A DNA stretch of 54,197 nucleotides from contig RBNJ01000019.1 in assembly GCA_003990765.1 (NCBI GenBank), positions 1 through 54,197 on the forward strand, read 5' to 3'. The position numbers were made by a program, and so were the translations under genes. Of the stretch, positions 29,900 through 42,489 are shown piece by piece. This DNA comes from Jimgerdemannia flammicorona. Taxonomy: Eukaryota. Position 1 is the first letter of the stretch; every line of letters begins with the position of its first letter. The notes under the pieces were generated by a model. It made no database searches and had not been told where the DNA came from. It was given only the letters and a program-made list of their open reading frames with translations.

Positions 29900-32800
29900 A
29901 GGCTTCAGTTGTTCAAGGAATCATATTCTTAAACTAAGTTAGTATATTCTGAAGATTAGTTTTGAGTTCCCATATTACATTATAGATTAGATAATCTTTC
30001 TATTTAACAAAGTACTCTGGATGGTTCTTGTGGTCATGTTTGTTGAGAATTTATTCAACTTCATATTCTTCTTGGTCATTAATAATGACAGATGTAGGCA
30101 GTTTTACAGTTCAGTTTGGAAATAGCTTGTTATCATTTTCATTATATCACTTGAGATATTGAACATTGAAGACTGAATAAATCTTAATAGTATCTGGTAG
30201 CATCAATTTGTAGGAAGTTGGAGAGACTTATGCAATGACTTCAAATGGCTCAATGAATTTTCTATTTAGCTTTAAAGATAGTCTGTACTTGAGATTATCA
30301 ACTCAGTATCCTCAGATACCTAGTAGGACTTTTTCTCCAATATTGAAAGTTTCTTCTTAGTGATGCTGATTGATATACTATGACTGTTGTTCTTGGGCTC
30401 AGGATAAATTCTTAATTGTGATCTGGCTTAGATTGTGTATTTGGAGCAAGAATTCTTCAATAGCTTTAATAGTAGAGGATTCATTAGTATTTCTGATAAG
30501 TATCAGAGAGGTGTTTGAGTTTTGTCCAGTATTGGCAAAGAATGGGATCATTCTAAGAAAGGCTTGCTTACTGTTATTATAGACAAACTCAACTGCAGTA
30601 AGGTATTTATATTAATTATCTTGTCTATAGAAAATATAGTTCCTTAGTATTTGTTCTAAGATTCAGTTCATTCTTTCAGTTTGACTATCAGTTTTGAGAT
30701 AAAAGGCTATAGATAGTACAAGATTCATTCCAAGGTATATATGGAGGGCTTTTTAAAAATAGCTGGTGAACTTCAGATCTCAGTTACTAACAATGATCTT
30801 AGGAAGACCATAATAGCAGAAGATATTATCAAATAATAGTGTAGCAATTTTGAATGTTATTGCAGTTATAGCAATAGATACAAAATAGACTTATTTGCTA
30901 AGATAGTCTATAACAACAATAACTGTATCTTTCCCATTCTTGGTTTAGGGCAGTTGTACAATGAAGTCCATAGAGATTTATTTACAATTAGCAGATAGTA
31001 CTGAGATAGGGTGGAGTAGACCAGGTTTTACTAGTATTGAGGACTTATTGTATTGGCAGGCATCATAGAAAGTAATGTAGGTCTTGAGCTGATCTGTTAT
31101 GTGAGACCAATAAAAGTTTTGAGAAATAACTTCATAACATTTGTCAAATCCTAAATGTTTGGCTATAGGGACATTATGATATTCAAATAGGATAGTTCTT
31201 TGAAGATCTCAATTGTTTGGAATATATAATCTATCTTTATAGTAGATAGTATTATCTTTCAGTTGATATTGATGATACTGGATATACTTATCAATATCAT
31301 CACTGCTCAGGATTTCTTGGAGTACTTGAGCTTTTTTATCATTAGTACATACTGTGATAATTTATTCCATGATAGAGTTAGTGACCAAGGTGAGAGTTTG
31401 GATAATTTCTTTGATTAGTGGTCTAGAGATTACATCAGTAACAATATTCTCTTTACTAGAGTAATACTGAATCCTATAATCAAAGTTGGTGAGAACTTTC
31501 ATCCATCTGGCTTACTTTTAAGAAAGAGTAACCTGTGACTAATGACTTGTAGTCTATTAAAATAGTAAAATGTACTCCTTCAAGGTATGGTTGCCATTTG
31601 ATCAGAGTATCTACAATGGCTAACATTTTCTTCTCATGGATTGTATAGTTGATTTCAGTATTATTAAACTTGTGAGAATAATAGACCACAGGGTATCCTT
31701 CTTACATGAGTACTACTCTAAGAGCTAGATCAGAGGCATCAGTAGTAACTTTATATAGTAGAGTAGGATTTGCTGCTTAAAGTACTAGAGTGGTTATCAA
31801 GATATCTTTTAGCACTTAAAAGGCTATATCTTGTTCAGGTTCCCAATTCATGAGATTATTGAAGTCTTTTTCTTATTTCATAGTCCAGGGCTGTTCTTCT
31901 TTCTTACTATGCTTAGTTATTTGGATAAGAGCAGTGGCAATTTTGGCAAAGTTGGCAATAAATCACCAGTAATAATTTGCTAATCCTAGGAATAACTAGA
32001 GGTTTTTCAGCTTCTTAGGATTGGGCTATTCCTTGATTGTAGAGATTTTGCTGAGGTCTACTTTGATTCCATTTAGTATGACAATGTGTCCAAGGAATTG
32101 AATTTCCTTTAGAAGAAATTTGTACTTACTAAGTTTTGCAAAAAGTTAGTTTTCTTGAAGTTTCAGTAGTATTAGTTCAAGATGTTCAAGATGATCCTCC
32201 AGGGTTTTGCTGAAGACTAGGACGTCATCAATATAGACAATAACAAATTTGTCTAGATATGGGTGTAGGATAGTATTCATCAGTATCTGGAAGGTTGCAA
32301 GAGTATTAGTTAAGCCAAAAGGCATAACCAGAAACTCAAAATATCCATAGTGGGTTCAGAAGGCTGTCTTGTAGATGTCTTCTTCTTTTATGGCAATTTG
32401 TCAGTAACTATTTCATAGGTCAAAAGAGCTCATGAATTGTGGGTTGGTAAGTCTATCAAATATTTCATTAATTTGAGATAATGGGCAATAGTTCTTGATG
32501 GTCTGTTCATTGAGATTATAGTAATCAATATACATTTGCAGGTCTTCTTCTTTCTTGACAATAAAGAGGACTAGTGTACTATAGGGTAATATACTGGATC
32601 TGATGAATCCTTGTTCTAAAAGTTTATCAATCTCTTTCTTAAGTGCATCAATTTCCCTCAGAGATATATAGTAGATTGACTTGAAGGTTGGTTTGGTATC
32701 TGGGATGGTCTTGATGACATGGTCTACTGCTTGTTTAGGTGGTAGGCCTTTCAGGCATTTCTTTGAGAATATATCTCGAAATTTCTGGAGTAGGGGTCTA

Positions 32801-35800
32801 ACATAGCTGTCAACTTTGGAAAAGTCTTCTTTAAGATTCTTGGGTTCTCCTTTGGATGGTTGGATAGAGATAGTAAAGAGAGGGCATTTCTTGGCCAATT
32901 TTTTGAGTTGTAGCTTATTGGTAAGGGTAATCTTTGGTCCGGGATCACTAGAACTGAGTGAGTCCTTTTTACCTTATAGTTTGAAGTTGTGGCATCTTTT
33001 CTTGATAGTTAGGAAATGGTTTACCCAATCAATCATTGGGTTCTCTTGTTTTAACCATGAGGTCCTAAGAATGATTTCATTGTTAGGAAGTGATATAATC
33101 TAGAGTGTAATATATACTTAATAGTTACTAATTCAGAAGAGTAGGTTGTGAACTTCTTTGCTAATGACATAGGAGGTTCCATTAGCTGTGAAAACTGCTT
33201 GAGTCTGTTGGCTGTTTCTTCATTGATAAAGTTACCTGAGATACTGCTGTCTATTATAATCTTGACAGGTGCTCAGTTGATAAAAGCTTGGAGTATAAGC
33301 AGTTTGTTTAATCCAATGGTAGTGATTTCAGTTGTAGGAGCTTTCCTTCTATTGGTTCTTCTTTGGGCCAGTTTATTCATACAAGAGAAGTAATCATTGA
33401 TCATTCAGGAGGAGTATATTCTAATATTATAGGGGTATCAGCTACTTGATACATATCTATCTTTAATTTTCTTGTAGAATTATTCTTCTTTATTTATAAT
33501 GAGTTGGACTGAGGCCTTATTTGATGAGCCAAATCCTTTGGATCCTCAGATAGTGGGTAGTAGTTCAGGGACTTTTTTAACTATCAGGGTTGACTCAATT
33601 TTTTCAAATAGGATCTGGATAATGCAGAAACCAGTGGAGATTTTGAAGAGTATCCAACTATGGTTTCAGATAAGGATAATGATTTCACCTGTATAATCCT
33701 CATTAATGACTCCTCCTTCTACTGAGAGTCCTTTCAATGCTAGGCTATTGCAATAGTATATTCTTCCAATATATCCTTCAGAGATTTGGATACTGATTCC
33801 TGTATAGACTTACTTGATTTCTTAGTTGAAAACTGTAGCTTCTTTGACTGCATATAGGTCATATCTGGTAGCTTTCTAACTTCCTTTGATTGGAGTCTTG
33901 GTAGTTGGTCTTAACTTGACAAAGTCTAATATCTTGATAGTCAGATTGTTGAGATAATGCAGAGTAGTAATAGTTGTTCATATTAGTTTGGGGGTTTTTG
34001 GTTAGGGTAGACACTGGATATATGTTCTGTCTTTCAGCAATAGAAGTATACTCTACTTCTTCAGAGTTAATTTCTCTCTCCTTCAGTGAGTTTCTTGAAG
34101 GTATTTGGCTGGGTAGGTTCAGGATTTTGGAGTATCTAAGAGATGGATATAGAGGGAGCTTGGGATGCTTCATGCTTGGGTTCTTCTTTCTTGGTCCAAG
34201 TCTTTTTCTTGTTGTTAAATTATCTTCAAGGCAGAATTGGTCCAGCTGTTAGGATTTGCTTAACTATAGTCTTGATTCTTACCAAGTACCATTGTTGGTG
34301 ATTACAACTAACTGAGTGTCCTTGTTCTCAGATTTTTCTTGTAAGCTATTCAGGTAGTGTATTGAATAAATGGTCTGCTCTTGTACTATTTCATGCTTTA
34401 TCATTAGCAATATATCTTAGGCCAACAGTATTCAGGAGTGACTTGAGTTTTATATAGAAGGTTTCGAATTCTCCCTTATCATATATATTAAATTTGAGGT
34501 TGCAGAGTTTAACTTGAGATTTGGCAACCATTGTTTTACTATAGTATTGAGCAATCATGAGTTATTTGAGTCCAGGGGCTACAGAATGGACTTCATATCC
34601 TAGGGCATTATTTTCTATATTTTGGGTAATAACTATAAGTCAGGTGTCCCATATAAGAGGTTTTTCAGAAAAGGTTCACTACTATTCTTCAGTAGGTCCT
34701 CAGAAGAATGTAACAACTTGATGGATATAGGCTGTAGTAGTAGCAAAGAGTTGTTCCAGAGTGTGATCTTGATTATTTATCAGAAGGTAGTCAGCAACTT
34801 GCTTGTTTGTCTATTGATTGGCTTCAAAATTGGTATCAACTATACTAATGAAGCTTTGAACTTCCTATATAGTACTATTGAAGATAGGTAGACTCAGACT
34901 TTTTGTTGGTCTGGCTTGTTTAGCTAAGGCAGTAATTGTTGCTACCATTATGGCTACTTATGCTATGAGGTCTAAAATCTATTGGTTTGTCATGTTATTT
35001 ACTGGAGATGGTTGGACTACTAGTAATAGTGTTATTGATATAACTTGAGATACTGGTGTAGAGTATGATAGTATTCTTTGAGTCTGTGTAAGTTGCTGAA
35101 GTAATAGTTGCAAGTCTGAAGTAAGGACTCAATAGATAGCTATCTGTTGCTGTATAGATATATTTTGTTCTGATGGAGATATATCTCCTTCAAGAGTATA
35201 TCTGGGATTGAATTTACTGATATACTCCTTCTTCTCTTGGCTTTGATCCCTATATAATTGGGTTTATTCAGTATTAAAGTAGACAGAATCAGTTATATAT
35301 CAGATTTTAGATGGGCTTAATTCAAAGTCAGGTTCTGGTTCAGTATTGGTCTTAGTTTCAAGTAGGGTTATAGTTAGGCCTGCTTCTGGTTCAGGGTCAG
35401 ATTGTTGATAAAGAGTTTCTCTTACTTCTTCTTTAAGAATATAGTGGGCCTTATAATTCTGGAAGTAGTAGTATAAGACAGTCTTAATTCTTATATGGTG
35501 AAAGTCAGTAGAGTTGAGCCACTTGGCTATGAAGGCTTGGGCTTTATGAGAAACTAAGGCTAGAAAGACAGCTGCTAGTTGTCCTAAGTTACTCAGATTT
35601 GTGGAGCTGATAAAACTCTTATTGAGAAGAGTAAAGAAGGCTTCTATAAGATCTTCTTTATCTTGACTTGTGAGATATAGAGCAAGGAGTTCAGTATATA
35701 GAGTTTCACCTATCTGTTGATTTAATTAGAGTACTTCTTTTTATAGATAAAGTCTGTTCTACTTGTTGTAGGTATAGAGGTCAAATTGTCCTTGTATGTC

Positions 35801-35900
35801 AGGTTCAATTCTCTCTAGATTGTCAGATGGTTCAGGATATGTAAATTCTAGTTCAGAGGTTAAGCTTTATACCAACTTATAGGAATTCTTAAAGGGATTT
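29900..35900 (-). pseudogene. Decayed gag-pol of A1 (gag, knuckle, dUTPase ~33520-33925, protease, RT, RNase H, integrase, chromodomain ~29960-30090)
   Basis: [41 protein letters not shown]; RNase H TDASDLALR, YTIHEKKMLAIV; integrase ISMDFIVQL, QTDSQTE; chromodomain EEYEVE.IL..EYFVK. Confidence 0.88.
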
Positions 35901-35959
35901 ATAGTAGGGTGAGAAAGCATCTTGAAGTAGAATTAGATTGTAAACTACTGCTATCAAGT

Positions 35960-38027
35960 TATAAGAGAGTTACTTATTAGGGTAACTGTTACATAATTCT
36001 GGAAGGGTTTTTCTAGAAGTTCTGAATATTCTGGAAGACTGTTTTCTTTAGGTCAAGATCAATTTCATATAGAGTATATCCTCTATACTTATTGATTTCA
36101 AGATTAGATTGATACCTCAACCAAAGTTCTTTTTTGGACTAGTTCTGAATTTTCAGGATTATCTGTATTTCAGGAAGTTTAAGAAACTAAGACCAGTTTA
36201 GTTGAATTAGCATATTGCTACAGACAATATCTAATTAAAAAATTTTGTGATAGGGTTAGGAGTGTGATCTAACAGAGAGTAGATTTACTTATGAGTAGTT
36301 TGTAGATTATTAAATAGGTTTATTTACTATTTATGATATTGCTATACTAGGAGTAGTTGTATGAAAAGATATTATGAAAAAGTGTTCAGAAGTTATATTC
36401 AGATGTTCTGTATATTTAAGTCTATTTAAGTCTAAGATTCTGAGATCTGGGGGAGGGGGTATTTATACTAATGGGAGGCTCTCTGGACTATGCTAAATAT
36501 GGATATAGCACTTAGTGCCTTGCTGAGTCAGAATGCAGTTACATAGTATAAGTGTGATCTGATATGTCAAGAGATCATCTGACTGCTGAGTCAGTTTACA
36601 GTCATATCATATATATAAAACTAATCTAACTATACTAATGACTGCTAGACTATCTATAGATTTAGATACTGTCTGGGTAGTCTTCAATGATATCACTATC
36701 AATGATATCATCTTTGATGAAGTAGTTATCTAGGAAAAGTAGTTCTCAGATTACTTTTTTCTATTTACTGAGATAATAATACATTGGAACTTTATTACTA
36801 TTTTACAGAATAGTATCATCTGTCTCATATGCTGGATAAAGAGTTGGTGGATGAAGGAGGGGTATATTGTCTTCACTTTCATCAGATTCGCTATCTGTGT
36901 ACCTTCTATAGATTATAGTGCTATGTGTCACTAAGTTGTAGTAAGCTGGTAACTGTTATTCATATTGCTCATACTTGGGTAGTAGAGTTGTCAGTTTGAT
37001 TTCAAGAGTTGTCTGGAGATATAGGTTATATTCTCTGGTCTCTTTATTATAGGTGAAGTAATTGGGAGTAAATTCAAGTTGGTACTTATGTCAGTAGTCA
37101 TTATCTCAATAGGTCTTATAGGTGGTTATGAACTGTTATAAGTTTATTAGTAAGATTGGTGGAGTGATCAGAGTTGGTAGGAATTTTTAGCTTAAGGTCA
37201 TGTCAGCATAGAGGGATCATTATCTTCTGCTTCATTATTATCAAACTAGATTATATATATTATAGATATTCTTCATAGTATATTCAACTTGGGGCATTTG
37301 CAAGATATGGTCATTGGAGTGTGAGAAGGTTCTGTCTATAGTTTGAATATACTCAATATACTTGTGGTTGAGTTTTTATACCATATTGTTGATTTGGCCA
37401 TAGGATAGAGTAGCAATCATTTCAGTAGTAGTAACTCAGAGGTAGGGAATAAAGGTGCTGTACTTATAGAAGAGTTCTTGATATTTATAAGCAATAAGTT
37501 TCTAGTATTGAGACATCTGGATAATATCTGTATCATAGTAGTATTCAATTATATCTTCTAGGAGACAGTCAATCTAGTAGTAGCTTGAGATTTGTCTGAT
37601 GTAGTGGGCTTTGCTAAACATATTTAGGGTATTCTATCAGACTTTTACAAAGTAGAGAGGTGTGAGACTATAGATATTCATAAGGGGTAGAGGGGGTGTG
37701 GCTTGGTTGATAATGGTATTCTAAATATCAGCATGGACATGGTTGTAGATCTCAGTGATCATATTTGTATATATATTTAGAGTTAGGATTGTTTATTTAG
37801 TTTATTGTAATTCTCTGTTTTGACACATCTGAGTGCTTAGTATATATATATTTGGTCCTAATTAGTAAGATTTCATTTATATGAATCTTGTATTTTATAA
37901 CTTTGAGTTGACTCAACTTTGTATACTATGACTTTAGTTTGACTCAGCTTCATGATCTTATATATGATTTCCAGATTTGTTTAGAGGTGACATATTATTT
38001 TAGTGGCTTAGAGATTATGTACTTATA
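35960..38027 (-). repeat. Uninterrupted 5' LTR of A1 (2068 bp)
   Basis: Matches 14900-16134 + 16291-16720 + 22745-23070 after removing the two insertions. Confidence 0.9.
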
Positions 38028-38053
38028 GCTATACTCACTGGAAAGCTCATCAA

Positions 38054-38240
38054 TGAGCAGGTGGAGATAGTGAATGACAAAGTAGTCTTTTGTTAAGAGA
38101 GGGTGTAGGGGGGAGGGGAGAGGGGGGCCCTAGGGGAATTGGTTAGGGGTGGGCACAGTGTAATATATATTATATAGATGAGTATATTAATAAAGAAAGG
38201 AGTCTGAGTGACTATAAAAAAAAAAAAAAAAAAAAAAAAA
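38054..38240 (+). mobile_element. Short 5'-truncated L1/Tx1-like LINE stub related to the element at 47.4-53.2 kb
   Basis: G-rich body, AATAAA and ..GACTAT-poly(A), like 53117-53176. 13-bp TSD GAAAGCTCA(T/C)CAA at 38041-38053 and 38241-38253. Confidence 0.8.
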
Positions 38241-39352
38241 GAAAGCTCACCAAAGCTCAGAGGATCCCACTACAAGTACTAAATAACCTATAGGTAATCT
38301 ATACTGGTACTTGATACCCAAGGTCAGCTGATATCCTATATAGCTTATAAAATACCAAGATAATACTTTATTGATGATGGTAAAAAGAAGAAGATGCTAC
38401 ACTAAAATAAATATATCTCAAATATAGATGAAGGTACCAGAAACTGTGAAAAAGTAGAGAAGACACTGATTCAATACTGATAAAGGGATAACTTATCACT
38501 ATTGCCTTTCCCCTACCATGCTTTTGTGAGCACAATAAACCAATCTAAGGTAGAGAGTAATAATAGAGAAAAGGAGACTTAGAAGGTGCCTATCAAATCT
38601 TGTGACTAGTAAGGTAGCAGAGAAAGGAGTATTGATTAGATTATAATCTCTAAAAGATGTAACTTTAAAATTTATTTATTTTTAATATTTTTATATTTTA
38701 ATAAAAATTTAATTAAATTTTAATTCTTGTCACTAAGGTATGCTAATTTGGCTGTAAAAAAAAATTGAAGTTTATTTGAGTATCTTAAAGTATAGGGCCT
38801 ATTATGACTAAATAGACCCAGATTAAGACCTTTTTTGAGAATCAGTAAGATCTTAATCATCTTCTTAATAATCATATTTTCTATAGCTTATATGTATATA
38901 TATAAATTTGTATAACTGAGTTTTTTATATAATGTTATCTTCTTCTTCTACTTCATCTGCCTTATCTGCTCCTAATACTCCTATATCTATATCAGCTACT
39001 ACTATTATGTATCAGATAGTATAACTATACTCTTACTGTTATCTTCTTGTTTAGCTAAGCCATTGCTTACTTATAGTATTCTAAATAGATAGAATTGATC
39101 CAGATAAGATTCAATTCAGATTTGTCATATAATAGATTCAAATTAACTTCGATTGATCTTGTGATCTGGATTAATTTATCTGGATTGATCCATCCAGATT
39201 GATTATATAAAATCTTTAATGACATCACTCTTTCTTTTGTTCATTTTTTACTCTGATTTTTTTTCCTACTACACTTTGGTGATATCACTCTTTCTTTTAT
39301 TCTCTCTCTTCTTTTGTTCTTTTTCTTTGTTCTTTTTCTTTTCTGCCATATT

Positions 39353-41550
39353 ATGAGTAAACAAAACAATAGTTCTTAGTCATATATTGATCTAGTCTAC
39401 TCATTTTTTTTACCCTATAATAATTATCAAAAGAGGGAATATTTGAGGTAAAAATATACTCTCTGCTGACAATGTTAGATTCTTTCTCATATAGAAGCAT
39501 ACAAGCTACTCATTGAGAGCTAAAGGAGTAATAGTGGTAGTAATGGTGGTAGTAATAGTAATGGCAGTGGCAATAGTAGAGATGAGAGAGAATTCTAGCA
39601 ACAACTTATAGTGGCCCTTTGGACCTCAGAATTTACAGACCTCACAGCTATATATATATGTGACAGCCTTTTTGGAGCAGCCAATAGTAGATATAGGTTA
39701 CTCATTCTGCTACTACTTGTTTACTTATATTTACTTTTTTAATTTTCTCCAATATGACCCAATTTACCTTGTACTTTTTTTAGAGTCCACAGCTCTATAG
39801 TGAGATCTGCCAACTTTATTCACAATGTTTAGTCAAGATGAAGAAAGGCTGGTAGATATTATGGGGCATATCTTTGGCAGCTGAGTTGTTGAGTCAATAT
39901 ATCATATGGCAGAGATCTCAAAAGGAATAGAAGCAAGCCTTCATGAGTAATGTTGTATAACTCATATAACTCATTGGCATACAACTTACTCACTTATACT
40001 CTTTTTCTGAAATACTTATCTTCATATTTTATTTAACTTTATTGTCTTCTCTAAAAATACCTACATGACATCTGTATGCAATCTGTCCACATACAATCTG
40101 TCTGTATACAACTCATCTATATGTAACTCATCTACACATAACCCATTTATATATAACCTATCTGTATACAACCCATCTACACACAACCTGTCTGCACATA
40201 ACCCATCTGTATACAACTCATCTGTATACAACTTATCTACACATAACCTATCTATATGCAACCCATCTGTATACTTATCTCAGCCCCTCATATCAGAACT
40301 CAGTTCTATTGAAAAGAAGAGTTCAAAGTTATCTGAGTTCAACCATATCTGGCATCTGATCAAATAGAGAAATTTGAGGGCAAGATGTTCAGTATGAGTA
40401 GTACCAGTATCATAATCAAGGCTTGGAGGTCTATATTTAAATCAGAGCTAATCATTCTCAATCAAGGGATTCATTGGCCAGCAGGAGTAATCAATGATAA
40501 AGAGAACTACATCATTATTAATAACTATAGAGAGGTAATTGTGATGGTGGTAAGAAATCTCTATAGTGATGAGCTTTGCTATCACATCAATGAGATTTGT
40601 AAGAATTGTATCAAATATCAGATGGCAGGAAAGAGGGGGCAAAAAAAGCAAGGAGGGGGGGTTTGGATGAAAATTGGGTATACTGCAACACTAGCAAAGA
40701 GTGGGTTCTGGAGTTCTGAAATCCCCTGCACTCATCTCTCTTTTTTTTTTTTCTTCTCTCCAGATAATCACTCTCTTTGCCAACATACTCTTTTTGATAC
40801 AATTCTAGAGATGCATAAGATTCTGTATCTCTACCAGAACTTTAGAAGTGCTATCAAAGAGCAAACTATGCACAAGTACAATATGGTCTGTGCAGCAATA
40901 GTGGCTATAATCTGAGGTTCTTTGAGCAGATTAGTAGAGTATATAGTAGGCCAGCTTAGTGGTGATCTCAGTGTAGCTGTATGTATATTCTTGGTGCAAT
41001 TTAGCATACTATATAAGGTGGGGAGCTCTACTTTTTTGATACTATAGCCTGGGGAGTTTCTGTAGCCTGGGGGTTTCTGTCCCCCCACATGCAAAAAGAA
41101 CTGACTGGATGCTATTTGTTTTAGCAGATTTCTAAGCCAGGGCTTCTAGGGCTGGACTAAGGGCAGATATCCACTGGTACAACCTGATAGTATGAGGTCC
41201 TGGGCTAAGGATTCACTCAACTATATACTCATATCACATCAGGATACATTAGGCACAATATTTCTCTACCCATATACACAGATAACAACATCACTCTAGT
41301 AATGTTTTATGTTCTGGAAAGGAAGGGCCCAACTTGGGAAGATAGTGGTGAAGTCTGGTACAATCTCACCTACAGTTTCAGGGTCCCATTTGTGGTCAAC
41401 ATGGTAATCCTATTCTAACCACACAACTACCATAGTACCATTATCTTCAAGGAGAGCTCAGACATCATAGTTATTGTACTCACAATAGATGACAGACTCA
41501 TTAAGGCCTGGAACTGGTAGGTGGAGTAGTTTTTGTAAGAGTTAGATAAT
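39353..41550 (+). pseudogene. Decayed multi-exon cargo gene; C-terminal half resembles a TET/JBP-like 2OG-Fe(II) dioxygenase
   Basis: Exon-like blocks at 40385-40700, 40764-40885 and 41125-41520. YIIINNYREVIV and KRG..GGGVWMKIGY are followed by NISLPI-YTD (HxD after one C>T reversal, 41275-41283), SGEVW and VILF.P..YHST. Assignment is by eye only and the final 2OG-binding Arg is not evident. Confidence 0.45.
40065..40275 (+). repeat. 15-bp tandem minisatellite (~14 units, consensus ACAACCCATCTGTAT; reads NPSVY/H)
   Basis: Directly visible; open as pentapeptide repeats on both strands. Confidence 0.9.
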
Positions 41551-41786
41551 CTTTTATGAGGGTTTAACAGTCATTTTGTATAGGTTGAGCAGTCTTTTGT
41601 AGAGGATTGGGCTGACAGCCAGACACCTCTTCTGTAGCACTAGTTTAGCCATTATGCTGGGCCCTTGGCTCTGCTCTATAGTACAGTACTGCAGCACAGG
41701 GCCAGAGTGTCTATAGAACCTGAACTGGTGACAGGGCCTGAATCTGTGGTGGACTTTGACTGTTAGAAGTATGTATCCTCCAACCA

Positions 41787-41845
41787 CCAGAAGTACCCTC
41801 TGACTACCAGAAGTACCTTCTGACTACTAGAAGTACCCTCTAATC
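41787..41845. repeat. 20-bp tandem repeat x3 (CCAGAAGTACCCTCTGACTA)
   Basis: Directly visible. Confidence 0.85.
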
Positions 41846-41864
41846 TGAACTCAGACTCTTTAGT

Positions 41865-42345
41865 GGCTTGGAGTTACCCCTTTACTACTGATAGAGGGCT
41901 GCAAATTTTGTATATTCTCTCTACCAACCCCACCAACCCCTGGCCCAGGCATAGACTGCTTGGAAGTATTCTATACTGCTTGATAGAGGGCCACAAATTT
42001 TGCATGCTCCCTCTACCTACTCTGCTCCCTCTGCTAACCTTCCTATTCTAGATACTTGTAGCTTAGGACTACCTCTTGCTGTCAGTAGAGGACTGCAAAT
42101 TTTGCACACTTTCTCCACCAACCCTACACCCACTGACCCTGCCCACTGACCTGGGCACTGACAGCTTGGAGCTGCCCCTTGCTGCTGGAAGAGGGCTGCA
42201 AATTTTGCCCACTCTCTCCACCAACCCTGTACTCACTGACCCTGCCCACTGATCTGGATACTGATAGCTTGAGACTGCCCCTTACTGCTGGTAGAGGGTT
42301 GCAAATTTTGCATACTCCCTCTACTACCACCAACTCCACTGACCA
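41865..42345. repeat. About five ~95-103-bp tandem units with core GAGGGCTGCAAATTTTGC
   Basis: The core recurs at ~41895, 41988, 42090, 42192 and 42295. Confidence 0.85.
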
Positions 42346-42489
42346 CTGCTCCACTTGGCCTACAAACTTCAGACCAAGTTTTAAGTTTTTTTTTTCCTTT
42401 TTATTTTTGAAAAAGTATTAAATAATCCACAAGGCCAATTAATTAATCCATGAACCCTAAGATCTGTCAAATTTTAGTGATCTAAGCTC

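Larger units (their letters stand above)
14900..38027 (-). mobile_element. Ty3/Gypsy chromovirus-like retrotransposon A1 (full length, decayed, host of nested insertions)
   Basis: 5' LTR 35960-38027 (2068 bp). 3' LTR 14900-23070, interrupted by two insertions. TSD GCTGT (14895-14899) / GCTAT (38028-38032). PBS at ~35943-35959, PPT at ~23071-23085. Internal gag-dUTPase-PR-RT-RH-IN-chromodomain. Confidence 0.9.

Noticed and set aside
38470-38520. Possible decayed RT motif (TGA TAA AGG GAT AAC TTA TCA CTA TTG ~ RQGDxLSPL) suggesting a 5' inversion in LINE-C
   Set aside because: It needs several assumed reversions and the flanking residues do not fit; too weak to call.
41865-42345. CRISPR-like appearance (palindromic core with variable spacers)
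   Set aside because: Eukaryotic context, no cas genes, and the linkers are homologous to each other, so this is a diverged tandem repeat.
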